Assembly: GCA_963663905.2 (NCBI GenBank)
Contig: CAXXQP010000001.1
Coordinates: 28,490-92,489 of the forward strand
Length of the DNA: 64,000 bases
Reading direction: 5' to 3'
Source: an uncultured Saccharicrinis sp.
GTDB lineage: Bacteria; Bacteroidota; Bacteroidia; Bacteroidales; Marinilabiliaceae
The position numbers were made by a program, and so were the translations under genes. Below the pieces are notes generated by a model. That model was not told the DNA's origin. It was given only the letters and a program-made list of their open reading frames with translations, and did not search any database. Position 1 is the stretch's first letter. Each line of letters begins with the position of its first letter. This document shows positions 60,577 through 64,000 of this stretch, piece by piece.

Positions 60577-61710
60577 ATGAAACGTAGTTTATTAATATTA
60601 TCAATCTGCATTATAGGCTTTATGTCAAGTCAGGCTCAGGAAAATGGAATCCCTACAAAAGGGTTCGCAGTATATGAAACGAATGGAGATTTTAAGGAAT
60701 ATGATTTTACACGCCATGCTGTTGGAGCGCATGATATTGAAATCGAAATCATGTATGCAGGAATTTGTCATAGCGACCTACACCATGTTAAAGAAGATTG
60801 GGGAAAAGAAGAATTCCCTTTGGTTCCCGGACACGAAATTGCAGGTCGAGTAATCAAGGTTGGCGACAAAGTGACAAAATTCAAAGTGGGCGACTATGCC
60901 GGAATCGGTTGTATGATTAACTCTTGTGGTCATTGCGAGTTTTGTGATGGTGATAAAGAACAGTACTGTAAAGGTGTCGTTATGACTTATCATGACCACG
61001 ACCAGTTCAATAACAATGAACTAACACAGGGTGGCTATTCAAACAAATATGTTGTGACAGAAGATTTTGCTATTAGCATTCCTAAAAATGCCGAGATGGA
61101 AAAGGTTGCTCCCCTATTTTGTGCAGGAGTTACGGTGTACTCTCCAATAATGTATTCCGGGGTTAAAAAAGATACAAAAGTTGGAGTTGCCGGATATGGC
61201 GGGTTAGGGCACATGGCAGTTCAATATGCTGTTTCGTTGGGTGCAGAAGTAACCGTATTTGATATTACAGAAGATAAACGTGCAGATGCAAAACGAATGG
61301 GTGCAGTAAAATATGTGAATGTCAATAATCCCGAAGATTTAAAAGGATTGGATAATTCTCTTGACTTTATCATCAGCACAATTCCAGTGAATACATACGA
61401 CCCATACATGTACATGAAAATGTTAAAGCTCGATGGAGAAATGTGTATTGTTGGATTACCTGCATTGGATGGTATTGTAACCATTGGTATTGATAAGTTT
61501 ATTTGGCAGGGAAACCGAAAAGTTTATGGTTCACAGATTGGAGGAATAAAGGAAACTCAGGAAATGTTAGACTATTCAGTAAAGCATAATATCTATCCCG
61601 AAGTTGAAGTTATTCAACCCGATGGAGCGGTAATCACAGAAGCCTATCGCAAAGTATTTGACGGTAAAGTAAAGTTTCGATATGTGATTGACATGCAAAG
61701 CTTAAAGTAA
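60577..61710 (+). CDS. Zn-dependent NAD(P)-dependent alcohol dehydrogenase (cinnamyl-ADH-like) with signal peptide
   Basis: GICHSD, PGHE, CGHCEFC and GYGGLG. Start probably 60577 rather than 60544. Confidence 0.93.
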   Translation: MKRSLLILSICIIGFMSSQAQENGIPTKGFAVYETNGDFKEYDFTRHAVGAHDIEIEIMYAGICHSDLHHVKEDWGKEEFPLVPGHEIAGRVIKVGDKVTKFKVGDYAGIGCMINSCGHCEFCDGDKEQYCKGVVMTYHDHDQFNNNELTQGGYSNKYVVTEDFAISIPKNAEMEKVAPLFCAGVTVYSPIMYSGVKKDTKVGVAGYGGLGHMAVQYAVSLGAEVTVFDITEDKRADAKRMGAVKYVNVNNPEDLKGLDNSLDFIISTIPVNTYDPYMYMKMLKLDGEMCIVGLPALDGIVTIGIDKFIWQGNRKVYGSQIGGIKETQEMLDYSVKHNIYPEVEVIQPDGAVITEAYRKVFDGKVKFRYVIDMQSLK

Positions 61711-61737
61711 ACACAGTATTAATAAAAACTTAAAGAT

Positions 61738-63009
61738 ATGAAGCACTTAAAAACAATAGTATGGGTTACGTCAATCCTGTTGTTTAGCTCCAATATCCAA
61801 ATTAAAGCACAGGAAATGGAAAAAGAAACTCCTAAAATCAGCGTATTCCCTGTTGGAAACAAATTACCGGATAAGTTTGCTCCATACTTTACAGGAAAAA
61901 CCTATCTGGCTCCATTAACACAGAATAACGAATTAAACTGCCCGATTTTCAATGTGACATTTGAACCGAGTTGTAGAAACAACTGGCATAGCCATACCGG
62001 GGGACAGATACTCATCGCAGTTGGAGGGAAAGGGTATTATCAGGCCAGAGGTGAAACGGCTCGATTGCTTTTGCCGGGTGATATTGTAGAAATACCTTCA
62101 AATGTTGAACATTGGCACGGGGCTGCACCTGATAGTTGGTTTTCGCACCTCGCCATTGAAACAAATTCACAAACCAACGAAAATACATGGCTGGAAGAGG
62201 TTGATGATGAACAATACAAAAAGGCAACTGCAATGAACAAAATTAATGAGGTAAACCTGAGTGAACCAGCCATAAAAAATCATAAAGAATTATGGCCAGA
62301 CTACGAATCAAAAGCAGCCAAGACAGACCCTGAATTGATTGGAATTTTTGATAATTGGGCATTTGACGAAGTTATTGCACAAAGCAACATTGATGTGAAA
62401 ACAAGAATAATGATGATAATGGGTTCGTGTATTGCACAAGGGGCTTTAACCGAATATACAATGTTTGTTAATGCAGCTTTGAATGTTGGTGTAAGTCCGG
62501 TCGAAATTAAAGAAGTGCTTTACCAATCGGTGGCTTATGTGGGTGTAGCAAAAGTCATTGACTTTATTTATGCCACAAACTCAATAATGGACGAATGGGG
62601 TATCGACCTGCCCTTGGAAAAGCAGTCAACAACCAACAGCGAAAACCGCGAAGCTAAAGGTCTTGAATTGATGAAGGCAACTTTTGGAGAACGTATAGCC
62701 GAAATGCGAAAAAATGCTCCTGCCGACCAACAACACATCCAATATAATTTGGCTGCAAACTGCTTTGGTGACTATTACACAAGAACTGGTTTGGATATGA
62801 AAAACCGCGAATTGCTCACCTATTCAATGTTAATCAGTATGGGAGGAACGGATTCTCAGGTTCGTGGCCATATCCAGGGAAATTTGAATGTAGGTAACGA
62901 CCGTGAAACACTTATCGGGATTACAACTCAGTTGCTGCCATATATCGGTTACCCACGTACTTTAAATGCGTTGAATGCGATTAATGAAATAAACAATAAC
63001 AATAAATAA
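61738..63009 (+). CDS. Cupin plus carboxymuconolactone decarboxylase-family fusion protein
   Basis: RNNWHSHTGGQ...HWHGA cupin, followed by two CMD repeats (PYIGYPRTLNA). Confidence 0.9.
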   Translation: MKHLKTIVWVTSILLFSSNIQIKAQEMEKETPKISVFPVGNKLPDKFAPYFTGKTYLAPLTQNNELNCPIFNVTFEPSCRNNWHSHTGGQILIAVGGKGYYQARGETARLLLPGDIVEIPSNVEHWHGAAPDSWFSHLAIETNSQTNENTWLEEVDDEQYKKATAMNKINEVNLSEPAIKNHKELWPDYESKAAKTDPELIGIFDNWAFDEVIAQSNIDVKTRIMMIMGSCIAQGALTEYTMFVNAALNVGVSPVEIKEVLYQSVAYVGVAKVIDFIYATNSIMDEWGIDLPLEKQSTTNSENREAKGLELMKATFGERIAEMRKNAPADQQHIQYNLAANCFGDYYTRTGLDMKNRELLTYSMLISMGGTDSQVRGHIQGNLNVGNDRETLIGITTQLLPYIGYPRTLNALNAINEINNNNK

Positions 63010-63014
63010 CAGAT

Positions 63015-64000
63015 ATGGAAAATTTTAGTTTTTATGTACCTACTACCGTTCACTTCGGTAAAGGACAAATAGAGAATTTAGCAAGTTCAATAAAGCAATT
63101 CGGAGGCAGTAAAGTTATGCTCGCCTACGGTGGCGGAAGTATTAAAGCAAATGGTATTTACGATGCTGTTACATCAGAATTAAAAAAGGCAGATATACCA
63201 TTCTTTGATTGCGACGGTATAAGGCCAAATCCTCCAGTAGAAGATGTTCGTAAAGGTATTTCTATTTATCGGGCGAATGCATGTGACTTTATTCTGGCTG
63301 TTGGAGGTGGTTCAACCATTGATGCTGCCAAAGCAATGGCTGCCGGAGTTTGTTACGATGGTGATGTGATGGACTTGATGGCAGACGGTAAAGGCGAAAT
63401 TAAAGAAGCTGCACCATTAGCTTCAGTTCTTACTATGGCCGGAACAGGTAGTGAATTAGATATGGGTGGGGTTATTACTGGTGAGGTGAATCATAAAAAA
63501 CATACCATCATGCATCCTTTCCTATATCCAAAGTTCTCAATTCTCGACCCGACTTTTACTTTCAGTGTACCTGAAAAACATTCAATGGCAGGTTGTTTCG
63601 ATGCCTTCGACCATTTATTAGAGTGTTACTTTGTTGCAGGTAGCGAAAGTACCGATGTACAAAATATGATGAACGAAGGTTTGATGCGTTCTATTGTTAA
63701 AAATGCTCCTAAAGTATTGGCTAATCCTGAAGACTATGATGCCCGTGCAAATATCATGTGGGCAAGCTCAATGGCATTAGCTAGCTTCCAGTTTGCAGCT
63801 GGTAAAAAAGGTTCAAACTGGCCAATGCATGGCATGGGACATGAATTATCAAGCTTATACGATATGACACACGGAATTACATTAGCATTAATTGCCCCTT
63901 CCTATTTGGCATATACTTTAGAGAAAGTTCCTGAATATACATGGTTATTTGCTGCTTTTGCACGCAACGTATTTGGTGTAACCGAGGTTGACGATACAGT
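63015..64000 (+). CDS. Iron-containing alcohol dehydrogenase (BdhA/YqhD-like), truncated by the window edge
   Basis: MENFSFYVPTTVHFGKG, YGGGSIK and AVGGGSTIDAAK. The frame stays open to 64000, so it is absent from the ORF track. Confidence 0.92.
   Translation, partial: MENFSFYVPTTVHFGKGQIENLASSIKQFGGSKVMLAYGGGSIKANGIYDAVTSELKKADIPFFDCDGIRPNPPVEDVRKGISIYRANACDFILAVGGGSTIDAAKAMAAGVCYDGDVMDLMADGKGEIKEAAPLASVLTMAGTGSELDMGGVITGEVNHKKHTIMHPFLYPKFSILDPTFTFSVPEKHSMAGCFDAFDHLLECYFVAGSESTDVQNMMNEGLMRSIVKNAPKVLANPEDYDARANIMWASSMALASFQFAAGKKGSNWPMHGMGHELSSLYDMTHGITLALIAPSYLAYTLEKVPEYTWLFAAFARNVFGVTEVDDT

Overview
AT-rich Bacteroidota DNA, probably Bacteroidales/Marinilabiliales judging from gene families and TAnnTTTG-type promoters. 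(1) 1-12.3 kb looks like the origin region of an iteron-type replicon (megaplasmid, chromid or integrated element; the window cannot distinguish these). It holds parA-parB-HTH, a cluster of helically phased 15-bp iterons (GTGTAnnnTTACTTA), a divergent Rep_3-like initiator and a Toprim primase-like gene. A non-coding tandem array of ~267-bp units runs for at least 2.3 kb, and every unit keeps a copy of the same iteron. Two AACGGCAAAWTTTGCCGTT palindromes flank the par operon, and there is an intact IS66 and a dead IS982. (2) 13-52 kb is cargo: an RND efflux operon with a membrane-anchored AraC regulator, and a SusD-less glycoside-utilisation locus (TonB receptor, 2x GH43, 3x GH2, 2x GH3, GH78, DUF5597/GH35-like, uxuBA), followed by pfkA and mgsA. 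One GH2 is a full-length beta-glucuronidase paralogue that has lost both catalytic glutamates. (3) 52.7-64 kb holds an IS6, a truncated GNAT and an AraC-linked oxidoreductase/flavodoxin cluster. Several non-coding elements recur: a duplicated sRNA-like unit, a ~70-bp intra-operon element in three copies, a MITE and REP-like hairpins. All assignments come from motif recognition by eye; no searches were run.
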